This document shows, one piece after another, positions 29,031 through 38,502 of a DNA stretch of 64,000 nucleotides (positions within the stretch are counted from its first letter, which is position 1; each line of letters begins with the position of its first letter). Origin of the DNA: Nanobdellota archaeon (GTDB lineage: Archaea; Nanobdellota; Nanobdellia; Woesearchaeales; UBA583); assembly GCA_048625195.1 (NCBI GenBank), contig JBMCRE010000002.1:1747-65746 (forward strand), in the 5' to 3' direction. The notes beneath the pieces were generated by a model. The model was not told the origin of the DNA, made no database searches, and worked only from the letters and a program-made list of their open reading frames with translations. Position numbers and translations under genes: made by a program.

Positions 29031-29281
29031 TTTAAACTTTGAAATTATAATTTAAAAGATGTTTTTATTCATCTTTGTAATAATACCTTTATTCATTGAA
29101 ATTATATTTATTTGTAATCTCTATATAGTAAAATACTATTTTTGTATTTTTATAGTAAATAATAAAAAAATATCTGCTTTTTACAAATCCTTAAAAAAAG
29201 GTGTTAAATTAGGTTCTGTTAAAAAACAAAAGCTTTATAAATTTTAAAATACTATTGTATAGATATATAAATAATAATAAA

Positions 29282-31456
29282 ATGGTAGAAAAACAAATAA
29301 AATTAAATGTTGCTGAAACTTATCATAATGATATAGGAAAAGGTATTGCAAGAATTGATCAAAATACTTTAGGTTCTCTTTTGTTGAATCAAGGAGATTA
29401 TGTGTTATTAGAGGGAAAATCGGAGGCAATTGTTAGGGTATATCCTGCCAATAGAGAAGATGAAAATTTAAATATAATTAGAATAGATTCTTCAATTAGG
29501 AGTAATACTGGAGTTAGTTTAGGAGATGAGATAAATGTAAAAAAAATTAATGTTGTCGAGGCAAAATCTATAGAAATTGCACCAACACAAGAAGTTAAAT
29601 TTTCTGGTGATCCTACTCATATTTTTGCAGAAAAGTTATTGGGTCAATCTTTGTTGAAAGGAAATGTTGTGAATTTTAATATAATGGGGACTACTTTACA
29701 TTATATTGTAACTAAAACTGCACCTAAAAAATATGTAAGATTTAGTTCAAACACTAAACTAAAAGTTTCAGATAAAGTAACTTCTCCAGGTGAATTAAAA
29801 TTACCTTCAATCACTTATGATGATATAGGTGGATTACAAGAAGAAGTGAGTTCTATTAGAGAAATGATAGAGATACCTATGAAACATCCAGAAGTTTTTG
29901 AAAGAATTGGTATCTCTCCACCAAAAGGTGTCTTGTTACATGGTCCTCCTGGAACAGGAAAAACTTTACTTGCAAAAGCTTTAGCAAATGAATTAGATGC
30001 TCAATTTAAAGTTATTAATGGTCCTGAAATTATGAGTAAATATTATGGAGAGAGTGAAAAACAATTAAGAGATATTTTTGATGATGCACAAAAAAATGCC
30101 CCAGCTATTATATTCATAGATGAAATAGATAGTATTGCTCCAAGCAGAGAAAACACACAAGGAGAAGCTGAAAGAAGAGTTGTATCACAAATGTTAACTT
30201 TAATGGATGGTCTAAAGGGAAGAGGAAATGTGGTTGTGATTGCAGCAACTAATAGGCCTAATTCTATTGATCCTGCACTAAGAAGACCTGGAAGATTTGA
30301 TAGAGAAATTCCTATTAACCCTCCAAATAGAGATGGAAGAAAAGAAATTTTAGATGTACATACAAGAGGAATGCCTTTATTTAAGAAAGAAGATTTATCT
30401 AATTTTTCCAATACAAAAAAAAGTGATATCGTGTATCTAGATAAGATTGCTGATATAACCCATGGTTTTACAGGTGCTGACTTAGAAGTTTTATCTAAAG
30501 AAGCTGCAATGAAAGCATTGAAGGGATGGATTCCTAAATTAATAGAAACTGAGCATACTATCCCAACTAGTGCTCTTGAAAAAATAAGAATAAAGATGTC
30601 TCATTTTGAAGAGGCACTAAACAAAGTTGAACCTTCTGCGATGCGAGAAGTTTTAATTAGAAAACCTAATGTCAAATGGAACGAAATAGGTGGATTAGAT
30701 GATGCAAAATCTAAATTACAAGAAATTGTTGAATTACCACTTAGAGAACCACAAATTTTTAAAGAAGCGGGGATAAAAGCTCCTAAAGGAATATTATTAA
30801 CTGGTCCACCTGGAACGGGAAAAACACTTCTTGCAAAAGCTATTGCAACTCATAGTGAAGCTAATTTTATTTCCATAAAGGGGCCTGAATTGGTTTCTAA
30901 ATGGGTAGGTGAGAGTGAAAAAGCAATTAGAGAAATTTTTAAAAAAGCAAAACAAGTGTCTCCAACTGTCATATTTTTTGATGAATTCGATAGTATTGCA
31001 CAAGTTAGAGGTTCAAATACTGGTAGTAATACAAATGATAAAATAGTAAATCAATTATTAACTGAATTAGACGGACTCGAAGAATTAACAGGAGTTAGTA
31101 TTATTGCTGCAACTAATAGAGTAGATTTAATTGATGATGCTTTAAAAAGACCTGGAAGATTAGATAGTATTGTTGAAATTCCTATGCCTGATGCTAAAAC
31201 AAGAGAAGAAATATTTAAAATACATATAAAAAATATGCCAACATCTAAAAACATAGATATTAAAAGGTTAGCTAAAATGACTAATAAATTTAGTGGTGCT
31301 CAAATTGAAGGTGTTTGTCAAAGAGTTGGTTTAGATGCTATTAAAAATCGTAAAGATAAAAATAATAAATTAATTGTTACACAAAAAATGTTTGAAGATA
31401 ATATTGAGATAATTAATAATAAATTATTTGGAATATCAAAAAATAAAAATAAATAA
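29282..31456 (+). CDS. cdc48: CDC48/VCP-like AAA+ ATPase
   Basis: CDC48 N-domain ([19 protein letters not shown]) followed by two AAA modules. Each module has [13 protein letters not shown] and a DEID/DEFD Walker B. The ORF-track start at 29255 adds 9 residues; the [10 protein letters not shown] start is preferred. Confidence 0.9.
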   Translation: MVEKQIKLNVAETYHNDIGKGIARIDQNTLGSLLLNQGDYVLLEGKSEAIVRVYPANREDENLNIIRIDSSIRSNTGVSLGDEINVKKINVVEAKSIEIAPTQEVKFSGDPTHIFAEKLLGQSLLKGNVVNFNIMGTTLHYIVTKTAPKKYVRFSSNTKLKVSDKVTSPGELKLPSITYDDIGGLQEEVSSIREMIEIPMKHPEVFERIGISPPKGVLLHGPPGTGKTLLAKALANELDAQFKVINGPEIMSKYYGESEKQLRDIFDDAQKNAPAIIFIDEIDSIAPSRENTQGEAERRVVSQMLTLMDGLKGRGNVVVIAATNRPNSIDPALRRPGRFDREIPINPPNRDGRKEILDVHTRGMPLFKKEDLSNFSNTKKSDIVYLDKIADITHGFTGADLEVLSKEAAMKALKGWIPKLIETEHTIPTSALEKIRIKMSHFEEALNKVEPSAMREVLIRKPNVKWNEIGGLDDAKSKLQEIVELPLREPQIFKEAGIKAPKGILLTGPPGTGKTLLAKAIATHSEANFISIKGPELVSKWVGESEKAIREIFKKAKQVSPTVIFFDEFDSIAQVRGSNTGSNTNDKIVNQLLTELDGLEELTGVSIIAATNRVDLIDDALKRPGRLDSIVEIPMPDAKTREEIFKIHIKNMPTSKNIDIKRLAKMTNKFSGAQIEGVCQRVGLDAIKNRKDKNNKLIVTQKMFEDNIEIINNKLFGISKNKNK

Positions 31457-31506
31457 AGAAATAAATGTAAAAATAATAAAAATTTCTTAAAATTATTTTG
31501 ATTTAT

Positions 31507-31809
31507 TTATTTTTTCTTTGTTTTTGTTTTTTTTTCAATAATTTCTAGTTGTTCTTTTTTAGATTCCTCTATTAAAATTTTAAAAAAATCTCTAACAAAT
31601 TCATTTCTTAAATCCATCATACCTGCTTGATTTAATACATTTTTAAATACTTCTTCTTCTCTTGATGTATCTTCTATAGATATTTCATTATCTATTTTAT
31701 ATTTTACAATTTTTTTTACTAAATTAAATCTTCGTTTAATTAAAAATAAAAGTTCTTCATCAATTCTATCTATTTGTTTTCTAAAGCTTTTTAGATAATC
31801 AAAATCCAT
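31507..31809 (-). CDS. chorismate mutase (AroQ class, CM_2 domain)
   Basis: FRKQIDRIDEELLFLIKRRFNLVKKIVKYKIDNEISIEDTSREEEVFKNV fits the AroQ signature R..ID.ID..L..L...R......K......D..RE..V. Confidence 0.7.
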   Translation of the reverse strand: MDFDYLKSFRKQIDRIDEELLFLIKRRFNLVKKIVKYKIDNEISIEDTSREEEVFKNVLNQAGMMDLRNEFVRDFFKILIEESKKEQLEIIEKKTKTKKK

Positions 31810-31934
31810 AAATAGTTAGAGGCAACTCTATTTTTAAACATTATGGTGAAATGTTTAGTAGTGACATTTGAAAAAATTATAAAAAATAACTTATAAAAAC
31901 AAAATTATATAAAAAAATAATCTTTATTAAGATT

Positions 31935-32897
31935 ATGAATATAACAAATCAAATTTGGGTAGACAAGTATAGACCTAAAACTTTTAACGAAATAATTGGT
32001 CAAAAGTTTTTTATATCAAGGATTAAAGCTTTTATAGAGTCTAAAAATCTTCCTCACCTTCTTTTTGCAGGAGCACCAGGGACAGGAAAAACAACAACTG
32101 CTTTAGTAATTGCAAGAGAATTATATGGAGAGGATGGAGTGAGAGGAAACTTTTTAGAACTAAATGCATCTGATGATAGAGGTATTGATATTATCAGGAA
32201 TCAAATCAAAGAATTTGCAAAGTTAAAAAGTTTAACGAATTTGCCATACAAAATCGTCTGCTTAGACGAAGCAGATTCTTTAACGAAAGAAGCTCAACAA
32301 GCTCTTAGAAGAACTATGGAGCGATATTCAAGTAGTTGTAGATTTGTACTTGCATGTAATGAAATTTCTAAATTGATAGACCCTATTCAAAGTCGTTGTG
32401 TTGTTTTTAAATTCAAACCTTTGGAAAAAGAAGATTTATATGAGTTATTAAATAGAATTGAAAGGGAAGAAAATTTAAAAATTGAAAAAAATGCAAAAGA
32501 ATTATTAGTTAGAATAAGTAAAGGAGATACTAGAAAAATCATAAATACTCTCCAAGCAGGATCTTCTATTGATAAAAAAGTTACAACTAAATTAATTGAA
32601 GAAATTTTAGATTTTATAGATCCAAAAGAAGTAAAATTAATGTTAAATAGTGCAATTGATGGAGATTTTTTTAAAGCCAGAGATTATATGGTAAAATTGA
32701 AAGCTAAAAGAGGTTTAACTGGATTAGAAATTTTAAAAGAGATATATAAACAAATAATTGATATGGATATTGATCCTAAAGTTAAAATTAAAACTATTGA
32801 TAGAATTGCAACTATTGAATTTAGAATAGTTGAAGGTTCTGATGAAGAATTACAACTAGAATCTTTACTTGCAATGATGAGTTTAATTAAAATTTAA
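31935..32897 (+). CDS. rfcS: replication factor C small subunit
   Basis: WVDKYRPKTFNEIIGQ, Walker A GAPGTGKTT, DEADSLT, SRC motif. Confidence 0.9.
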   Translation: MNITNQIWVDKYRPKTFNEIIGQKFFISRIKAFIESKNLPHLLFAGAPGTGKTTTALVIARELYGEDGVRGNFLELNASDDRGIDIIRNQIKEFAKLKSLTNLPYKIVCLDEADSLTKEAQQALRRTMERYSSSCRFVLACNEISKLIDPIQSRCVVFKFKPLEKEDLYELLNRIEREENLKIEKNAKELLVRISKGDTRKIINTLQAGSSIDKKVTTKLIEEILDFIDPKEVKLMLNSAIDGDFFKARDYMVKLKAKRGLTGLEILKEIYKQIIDMDIDPKVKIKTIDRIATIEFRIVEGSDEELQLESLLAMMSLIKI

Positions 32898-32925
32898 ATC
32901 TTTATCTTATATAATAATTACTTTT

Positions 32926-33897
32926 TTATTCTAACTTTTTGTCATGATTTTTATATATTTTGATAAATTCTATTAATTTTTTTACATTATTTATTTGGTT
33001 AATTTTTTGTCGTAAGTTTGAACCATTTATTATATTTTTTGTTAAGTATGATAAATTTGATTTTATAGTTGATATATTTAAATCATACAAATGAGCATAT
33101 TTGAGATATTCTAAAATTATTGCTTTCTTTTCTAAAAATGTTATTCCTGATTTGTTTTGATTTTTAATATCAATATTATTTTTTAATATATTAAAAATTT
33201 GAGGATTTTCCAATGCAGCTCTTCCTATCATTATCCCATCTGGTTTTGTTTTATTGATATTATTAAATGAATTAATATCACATACATCCCCATTTGCAAT
33301 AATTTGTATATTTGGAAAATATGTTTTTAGCTCTTTAATTTCTTTATAAGTTGCTGGTTTATTATAAGATTCTCTTAAAACTCTACCATGGATATATATT
33401 TTATTTATTCCTATTTTTTCTAATATTGAAACTACTTTTTTTATGATTATTTTATCTCTATCAATTCCTATTCTAGTTTTAATAGATGGAATTAAGTTAT
33501 ACTTATCACAACTTTTTTTTAATAATGTTGCAATTATTTCTATTTTTGATAAATCTTTCAATATTCCTGCACCATTATTATTTTTGCATAAACTTGATTG
33601 TGGACATCCCATATTATAGTTAATTTCTTTTATTTTGGGATTAATTTTTATTATTAATTGTATTGCTTCTTCTATATCATTTATGTTTTCTTGAGAAATT
33701 ATTTGAATAATTGTTTTGTCTTCAAGAAAGTATTGAATGTTTGATTTTTTTATCTCACAAATTGATCCTTTTAGTAATTTTTCAGTTCTTATCATTTCAG
33801 AAAATACAAAATCTGCTCCATGATTAAAACATAATTCTCTAAATGCTAAATTTCCTAGAGTATTTAGAGGAGCTAAATATAATTTTGGGTGTTGCAT
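32926..33897 (-). CDS. dus: tRNA-dihydrouridine synthase
   Basis: LAPLNTLGNLAFRELCFNHGADFVFSEMI, NYNMGCPQ, IHGR and GRAAL motifs of the Dus family. Confidence 0.85.
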   Translation of the reverse strand: MQHPKLYLAPLNTLGNLAFRELCFNHGADFVFSEMIRTEKLLKGSICEIKKSNIQYFLEDKTIIQIISQENINDIEEAIQLIIKINPKIKEINYNMGCPQSSLCKNNNGAGILKDLSKIEIIATLLKKSCDKYNLIPSIKTRIGIDRDKIIIKKVVSILEKIGINKIYIHGRVLRESYNKPATYKEIKELKTYFPNIQIIANGDVCDINSFNNINKTKPDGIMIGRAALENPQIFNILKNNIDIKNQNKSGITFLEKKAIILEYLKYAHLYDLNISTIKSNLSYLTKNIINGSNLRQKINQINNVKKLIEFIKIYKNHDKKLE

Positions 33898-33992
33898 ATA
33901 TATAATAAAACATGATTGATTTAATAAATTATTTTATTTCATAATAATATTTTTTGTTCTAATCAAAAATCTTAAATTGTTACGACATAAGC

Positions 33993-34000
33993 TTTATAAA
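33993..34000 (+). promoter_or_regulatory. TATA box (TTTATAAA) for the ligase gene
   Basis: The first T lies 32 nt upstream of the ATG at 34025. The box lies inside the TTG-initiated ORF-track extension (33977), which argues for 34025 as the true start. Confidence 0.5.
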
Positions 34001-34024
34001 AAAGGATATTTTTTAAATAATAAA

Positions 34025-35446
34025 ATGAAATTTATTGATGTTTGTCAGATTTTAGAAAAATTAGAAAAGAATAGTCAAAGATTAAAAAAGATATTAATTT
34101 TAAGAGACTTCTTAATTACAAACAAAAGAGAGAGTAAAATTATTTTTGATATGATTGCTGGAAATTATCAAAGGAAAATTGATAAAAAAACTCTTGGAAT
34201 TTCTATCAAAACTATTTTTAGTTCTGTAACTTTAATTAGTCGAGTTTCACAATTAGAGATTGAAAAGAGATTTAATAAAACTGGTGATATCGGAGAAGTC
34301 ATTGCACAAATATTAGAGAAAAATAAACAAAACTATTTATTTACAAAAGATTTAATGATAGAGGATATTGAAAAAAGTTTTCAAAGTATATCTAAAAATA
34401 TAGGAAGTAATTCAAATAAGAAAAAAAAAGAGATAATAAGTAATTTATTTTTACTTGCAAAATCTAAATTAGAATATAAGTTTATTACTAGATTATTAAT
34501 AGATGATTTAAGAGTTGGTGTTTCTGAAGGTTCATTAAAAGAATCTGTTGTAAATTCTTATTTTCCAAATATTGTAGGAATTCATTTAATGTGTGAGAAT
34601 TGTAATTATATTAATTTGAATTTAAAAAAATGTTTTAATTGTAATAAAGATATAGATTTGAAAAGACAAGAAGAAATTATTTCAAAAAAATATAATATTG
34701 TTGAATTAGAAACTCCTAACTATCAGACTAGTTTGCTTGATTATGATATTAAATATTTTGTTAATCAATTAGAATATGCAATTAGAAGAGATAGAGAAAA
34801 GTATTTTATAAAAACACAAAATCCTAGAGAATTATATAATAAATTTTTAGAACTATTTGAAAAAAAATATAATTTAATTAATTCTTTTGAAAAAATTTTA
34901 ACTCAATTAGATGAAAATTTAAATAATGTTTTAAATTTTGAAATAAAATTAGGATTACCTATAAAATCAATGCTTGGTAGTAGATCTGATTCTATAGAAG
35001 ATAGTTTTAAAACAACATTAAAACCATCTATTGTTGATTTTAAATATGATGGATTAAGAACACAAATACATAATAAAAAAGGAGAAGTAAATATTTTTAC
35101 AAGAAATTTAGAAGATATTACTAAACAATTTCCTGAAATTATTGATTTTATAAAGAATAATTTTAGTGATATCGAATTTGTAATTGATGCTGAATGTGTT
35201 GGATATGATTTTAAAAATAATACTTTTTTACCTTTTCAGACACTATCAAAAAGAATTTTAACTAAAAATTTAAGTGATGTGAGTCATATAAATGTTGTAG
35301 TTAAATGTTTTGATTTATTATATTTAAATGGTAAAACACTAATAGATGAAAATTATAAAAATAGAAGAGAAATTTTAGAAGAATTATTTTTAAATAGAAC
35401 AATTATTGAGAATAATAATTTTAATGTTGAAGAGCTTGAGAGATGA
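34025..35446 (+). CDS. lig: ATP-dependent DNA ligase, N-terminal fragment (DNA-binding domain plus partial adenylation domain; truncated or split)
   Basis: Motif I VDFKYDGLRTQIH and motif III FVIDAECVGYD, then FDLLYLNGKTLIDENYKNRREIL. The ORF ends before motifs IV-VI and the OB fold. The stop codon lies inside the 67-bp repeat. A CxxC-x9-CxxC insertion (CENCNYINLNLKKCFNC) sits between the DBD and the adenylation domain. Confidence 0.8.
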   Translation: MKFIDVCQILEKLEKNSQRLKKILILRDFLITNKRESKIIFDMIAGNYQRKIDKKTLGISIKTIFSSVTLISRVSQLEIEKRFNKTGDIGEVIAQILEKNKQNYLFTKDLMIEDIEKSFQSISKNIGSNSNKKKKEIISNLFLLAKSKLEYKFITRLLIDDLRVGVSEGSLKESVVNSYFPNIVGIHLMCENCNYINLNLKKCFNCNKDIDLKRQEEIISKKYNIVELETPNYQTSLLDYDIKYFVNQLEYAIRRDREKYFIKTQNPRELYNKFLELFEKKYNLINSFEKILTQLDENLNNVLNFEIKLGLPIKSMLGSRSDSIEDSFKTTLKPSIVDFKYDGLRTQIHNKKGEVNIFTRNLEDITKQFPEIIDFIKNNFSDIEFVIDAECVGYDFKNNTFLPFQTLSKRILTKNLSDVSHINVVVKCFDLLYLNGKTLIDENYKNRREILEELFLNRTIIENNNFNVEELER

Positions 35447-35505
35447 AGGGATTAAGAGCTCAAGAGATTAAGGGCTCAAGAGATTAAGGGCTCAAGGGAT
35501 TAAGA
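35439..35505 (+). repeat. 67-bp direct repeat, left copy
   Basis: Identical to 37491-37557 except for one position (35481 a versus 37533 g). Aligned by hand. Confidence 0.9.
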
Positions 35506-35535
35506 GCTCTGGCTCTTTAGCACTTTGGCTCTCAA
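35448..35535 (+). repeat. GC-rich tandem array with 16-nt (8+8) period, left
   Basis: Units in register: gggattaagagctcaa, gagattaagggctcaa, gagattaagggctcaa, gggattaagagctctg, gctctttagcactttg, then a partial gctctcaa. Confidence 0.8.
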
Positions 35536-35586
35536 TTATTTTTGATTTTTTAGAATTTATTTTGTATAAATAATAAAAAATTAGTT

Positions 35587-37428
35587 TTATGGACAATTAC
35601 CCCAATCGGGTTGTAATGCTGTTTGTCCTTCAAAACCTGAATCAGTATCAAAACTAGAAGGCTTTGAACTAATATGAGGAACACACCAGAAACTTATATC
35701 CTGATTAAAAGAAGTAGCATAATAAAACATTCCCTCCATATCTGTTACACTACTTGTATCTGTAAAGTTTAAAGACTGATTAAAAGACTCAGCAAAAAAA
35801 AACATATAACTCATATCTGTTACGCTACTTGTATTAAAATTTAAAGGTTGATTAAAAGAACTAGTATAAGGATCCTCATTACTAAACATATAACTCATAT
35901 CTGTTACACTACTTGTATCAAAATTTAAAGATTGATTAAAAGAAGTAGCATAATAAAACATCTCACTCATATCTGTTACACTACTTGTATCAAAATTTAA
36001 AGGTTGATTAAAAGAATAAGCTTGTTGAAACATCGTACTCATATCTGTTACACTACTTGTATCAAAATTTAAAGATTGATTAAAAGAAGTAGCAATATAA
36101 AACATCTCACTCATATCTGTTACACTACTTGTATCAAAATTATCCAAAGGTTGATTAAAAGAATAAGCAGAGTAAAACATTCCACTCATATCTGTTACAC
36201 TACTTGTGTCAAAATTTAAAGGTTGATTAAAAGAATTAGCATCTCCAAATATATAACTCATATTTGTCACACTACTTGTATCAAAATTTAAAGATTGATT
36301 AAAAGAAGTAGCCAAAAAGAACATATAACTCATATCTGTTACACTACTTGTATCAAAATTATCCAAAGGTTGATTAAAAGAATTAGCACCTGAAAACATA
36401 GTCCTCATATTTGTTACACTACTTGTATCCCAATGTAAAATATTAGGGTTTATATTCGAATTGTAGAATACTCCACCATACCAACTATCATCTAAATTCA
36501 TTGTTGTTACAAGCGAAGTACAAGCAGTTTCATAAAAGTTAACATCATCTGATTCAATCTTATCAGATAAATCTTGGTTAGAAACAGCTGTATAGGTTAC
36601 ACCATCTAAAGTTCCAGTATCACCAAAACTTGCTGAACTACAATTAACAACTCCATTAGATAGTAATTCGAAATTTCCATCTGTTTCAATCACAGTAGGT
36701 GTTGAAACTTCTTCTTCTTTTGTCTTAACACTCCATATAGTTGAGTAATCTCCTAAAGTTAGAGTTGCTTGCTTTGTAGTATTATAATTACTTGAAGAAT
36801 TTAATTTTATTGTTAAATTGTCTCCTGAATTCATAGTAGCACTTGTTTTCCAACTACTACTATTAACATTTAATTGCGGATTTCCATCTCCTGTTATTGA
36901 AACACTTAATGGACCTTCGTAATTTGTTGGTGTTAAAGTGTTTGATTCAATTAATGTATCTAATTCTACATCTATTTCATTATTAAAATTAAAATTATCT
37001 GGCATAGTGTCTTGGCCTTCTTCACTACTACTTCCATCATTATAAATAGATATAGTTTTTGTAAATAAGCCTTTATTTGTAACAACAATAACTTCTGCTG
37101 TTGATTGATGTGTTTCTACGCACCCAGATATATTAATTGTTTGCATTCCTTTACCATAACTTTTATCAATAAGACAAGAAACATCGTTTAATTTTATTTC
37201 TGTAATAGTTAAATTATTATAACCATTTTTAAAATATAAATTATTGTCTAAAACTGTATCGATTCTAGTATTCATAACATCTATTGAACTGTCTTGCTCA
37301 ACTTTAGAAAATAAACCACTAGAATATGTTTGAAACCAACCCTGAAATCCTACTACTGCTACAACTAATAATAAAGCAGTTGCAACTACTGGAGATATAG
37401 TTTTTTTGTTTATTAAATATTTTAACAT
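35587..37428 (-). CDS. pilin-signal surface protein with BspA-like/DUF285 repeats
   Basis: Class III signal-like N-terminus (KKTISPVVATALLLVVAVVGF). Ten tandem ~23-25-aa repeats FDTSSVTDMSxMFxxAxSFNQxLN follow. The C-terminal ...FNQDISFWCV...PDWGNCP is typical of DUF285-type proteins. Confidence 0.8.
   Translation of the reverse strand: MLKYLINKKTISPVVATALLLVVAVVGFQGWFQTYSSGLFSKVEQDSSIDVMNTRIDTVLDNNLYFKNGYNNLTITEIKLNDVSCLIDKSYGKGMQTINISGCVETHQSTAEVIVVTNKGLFTKTISIYNDGSSSEEGQDTMPDNFNFNNEIDVELDTLIESNTLTPTNYEGPLSVSITGDGNPQLNVNSSSWKTSATMNSGDNLTIKLNSSSNYNTTKQATLTLGDYSTIWSVKTKEEEVSTPTVIETDGNFELLSNGVVNCSSASFGDTGTLDGVTYTAVSNQDLSDKIESDDVNFYETACTSLVTTMNLDDSWYGGVFYNSNINPNILHWDTSSVTNMRTMFSGANSFNQPLDNFDTSSVTDMSYMFFLATSFNQSLNFDTSSVTNMSYIFGDANSFNQPLNFDTSSVTDMSGMFYSAYSFNQPLDNFDTSSVTDMSEMFYIATSFNQSLNFDTSSVTDMSTMFQQAYSFNQPLNFDTSSVTDMSEMFYYATSFNQSLNFDTSSVTDMSYMFSNEDPYTSSFNQPLNFNTSSVTDMSYMFFFAESFNQSLNFTDTSSVTDMEGMFYYATSFNQDISFWCVPHISSKPSSFDTDSGFEGQTALQPDWGNCP
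35686..36435 (-). repeat. intragenic tandem repeats (~69-75 nt units, ten copies) encoding the DUF285-type repeats
   Basis: Near-identical DNA blocks are visible, for example atatctgttacactacttgtatcaaaatttaaag recurring. They correspond to aa 332-581 of the protein. Confidence 0.85.
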
Positions 37429-37490
37429 AATAATTATATGATTAAAACTCTTTTTTGTTTATGTTTTAACTTGAAAGTGGTTAGTACTGT

Positions 37491-37557
37491 AGAGATGAAG
37501 GGATTAAGAGCTCAAGAGATTAAGGGCTCAAGGGATTAAGGGCTCAAGGGATTAAGA
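37491..37557 (+). repeat. 67-bp direct repeat, right copy
   Basis: See the left copy at 35439-35505. Confidence 0.9.
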
Positions 37558-37633
37558 ACCAAAGAAGATTAGGCACTTCAGCACTTAGGCACTTCAGCAC
37601 TTAGGCACTTCAGCACTTAGGCACTTCAGCTCT
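37500..37633 (+). repeat. GC-rich tandem array with 16-nt (8+8) period, right
   Basis: Four gRgattaagRgctcaa-type units are followed, without loss of register, by gaagattaggcacttc and three perfect agcacttaggcacttc units. The array ends 4 nt from the rps27ae stop codon. Confidence 0.85.
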
Positions 37634-37636
37634 AAA

Positions 37637-37828
37637 TTAATTTTTATTAGTTATATATTCAACATAACTGCATTTTCCACAATGGTAACGATCAGGTTTT
37701 GAGTATAAACCTAAAAATATTCCTTTTCCACATTGAGGACATTCTTTTCTTGTTTTTTTACCATCTTTATAAAATTGATATTTTTTTGATGGTGTAGATG
37801 ATTTTGCTTTTTCTTTACTTTTTCCCAT
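37637..37828 (-). CDS. rps27ae: 30S ribosomal protein S27ae (eS31)
   Basis: Zinc ribbon CPQCGKG...HCGKCSYVEY. Starts 2 nt after the rpl11 stop. Confidence 0.85.
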   Translation of the reverse strand: MGKSKEKAKSSTPSKKYQFYKDGKKTRKECPQCGKGIFLGLYSKPDRYHCGKCSYVEYITNKN

Positions 37829-37830
37829 TT

Positions 37831-38313
37831 TTATTCTTGTAATTGTGAGTCATATTTTCCAGATTTTACATCTGCAATAAATACTCTTGGCAGTTTTCCA
37901 TCAACTTTTATACCTAGAGAATAACATGTTCCTGCTATTTCTCTTACTGCTGTTTTTAAATCGTTTGCAAGTAAAGCATCAAACTTCATTCTTGCAATTT
38001 TTTTAATTTGTTCTACAGTTAAGTCTCCAACATAAGTTTGATTTGGAGTTGCACTTCCTTTTTTTATATTTAATTCAGATTTAATTAATTGTGATGCAGG
38101 AGGTGTTCCTATTTTAATTTCGTAGTCTTTAGTTTTTGTATCCACTGTTACAACTACAGGAACTTTCATTCCTTTAAAATCTGCTGTTTTCTTATTTATG
38201 TCTGCTACAACTTGTCCTATATTTACTTTTAGAGGACCCAATGCAGGACCTAAAGGTGGTGCTGCTGTTGCTTTTCCACCTTCAATTAAAATTTCTATTT
38301 TTTCTTTTGCCAT
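37831..38313 (-). CDS. rpl11: 50S ribosomal protein L11 (uL11)
   Basis: GGKATAAPPLGPALGP and the overall uL11 pattern. Confidence 0.95.
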   Translation of the reverse strand: MAKEKIEILIEGGKATAAPPLGPALGPLKVNIGQVVADINKKTADFKGMKVPVVVTVDTKTKDYEIKIGTPPASQLIKSELNIKKGSATPNQTYVGDLTVEQIKKIARMKFDALLANDLKTAVREIAGTCYSLGIKVDGKLPRVFIADVKSGKYDSQLQE

Positions 38314-38502
38314 TTGTCAAACATTTTGTATGCAACCTTTTTTAAAAGGATAAATGGAGTTATTAATATAACGCCTAACTTATATGAATTATATTGTATT
38401 TATAAGTTTTGCAGTTTATTTTAATAAAAAAAAATCATTTTATACTTAACAAACTAAAATAAATTTTTTAAAAATTTAAAAAAAATTCAAATAATTATAA
38501 TT

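Noticed and set aside
29059-29429. Two short ORFs (29059-29247 on the plus strand, 29244-29429 on the minus strand) between the archaellin and cdc48 genes
   Set aside because: Their products are I/F/K/Y-rich and low-complexity. One overlaps the cdc48 start and promoter. Neither has a motif or a correctly spaced promoter.
35448-37633. CRISPR array interpretation of the 16-nt repeat arrays
   Set aside because: The units are contiguous with no unique spacers, and 16 nt is far shorter than CRISPR repeats. No cas genes are present.
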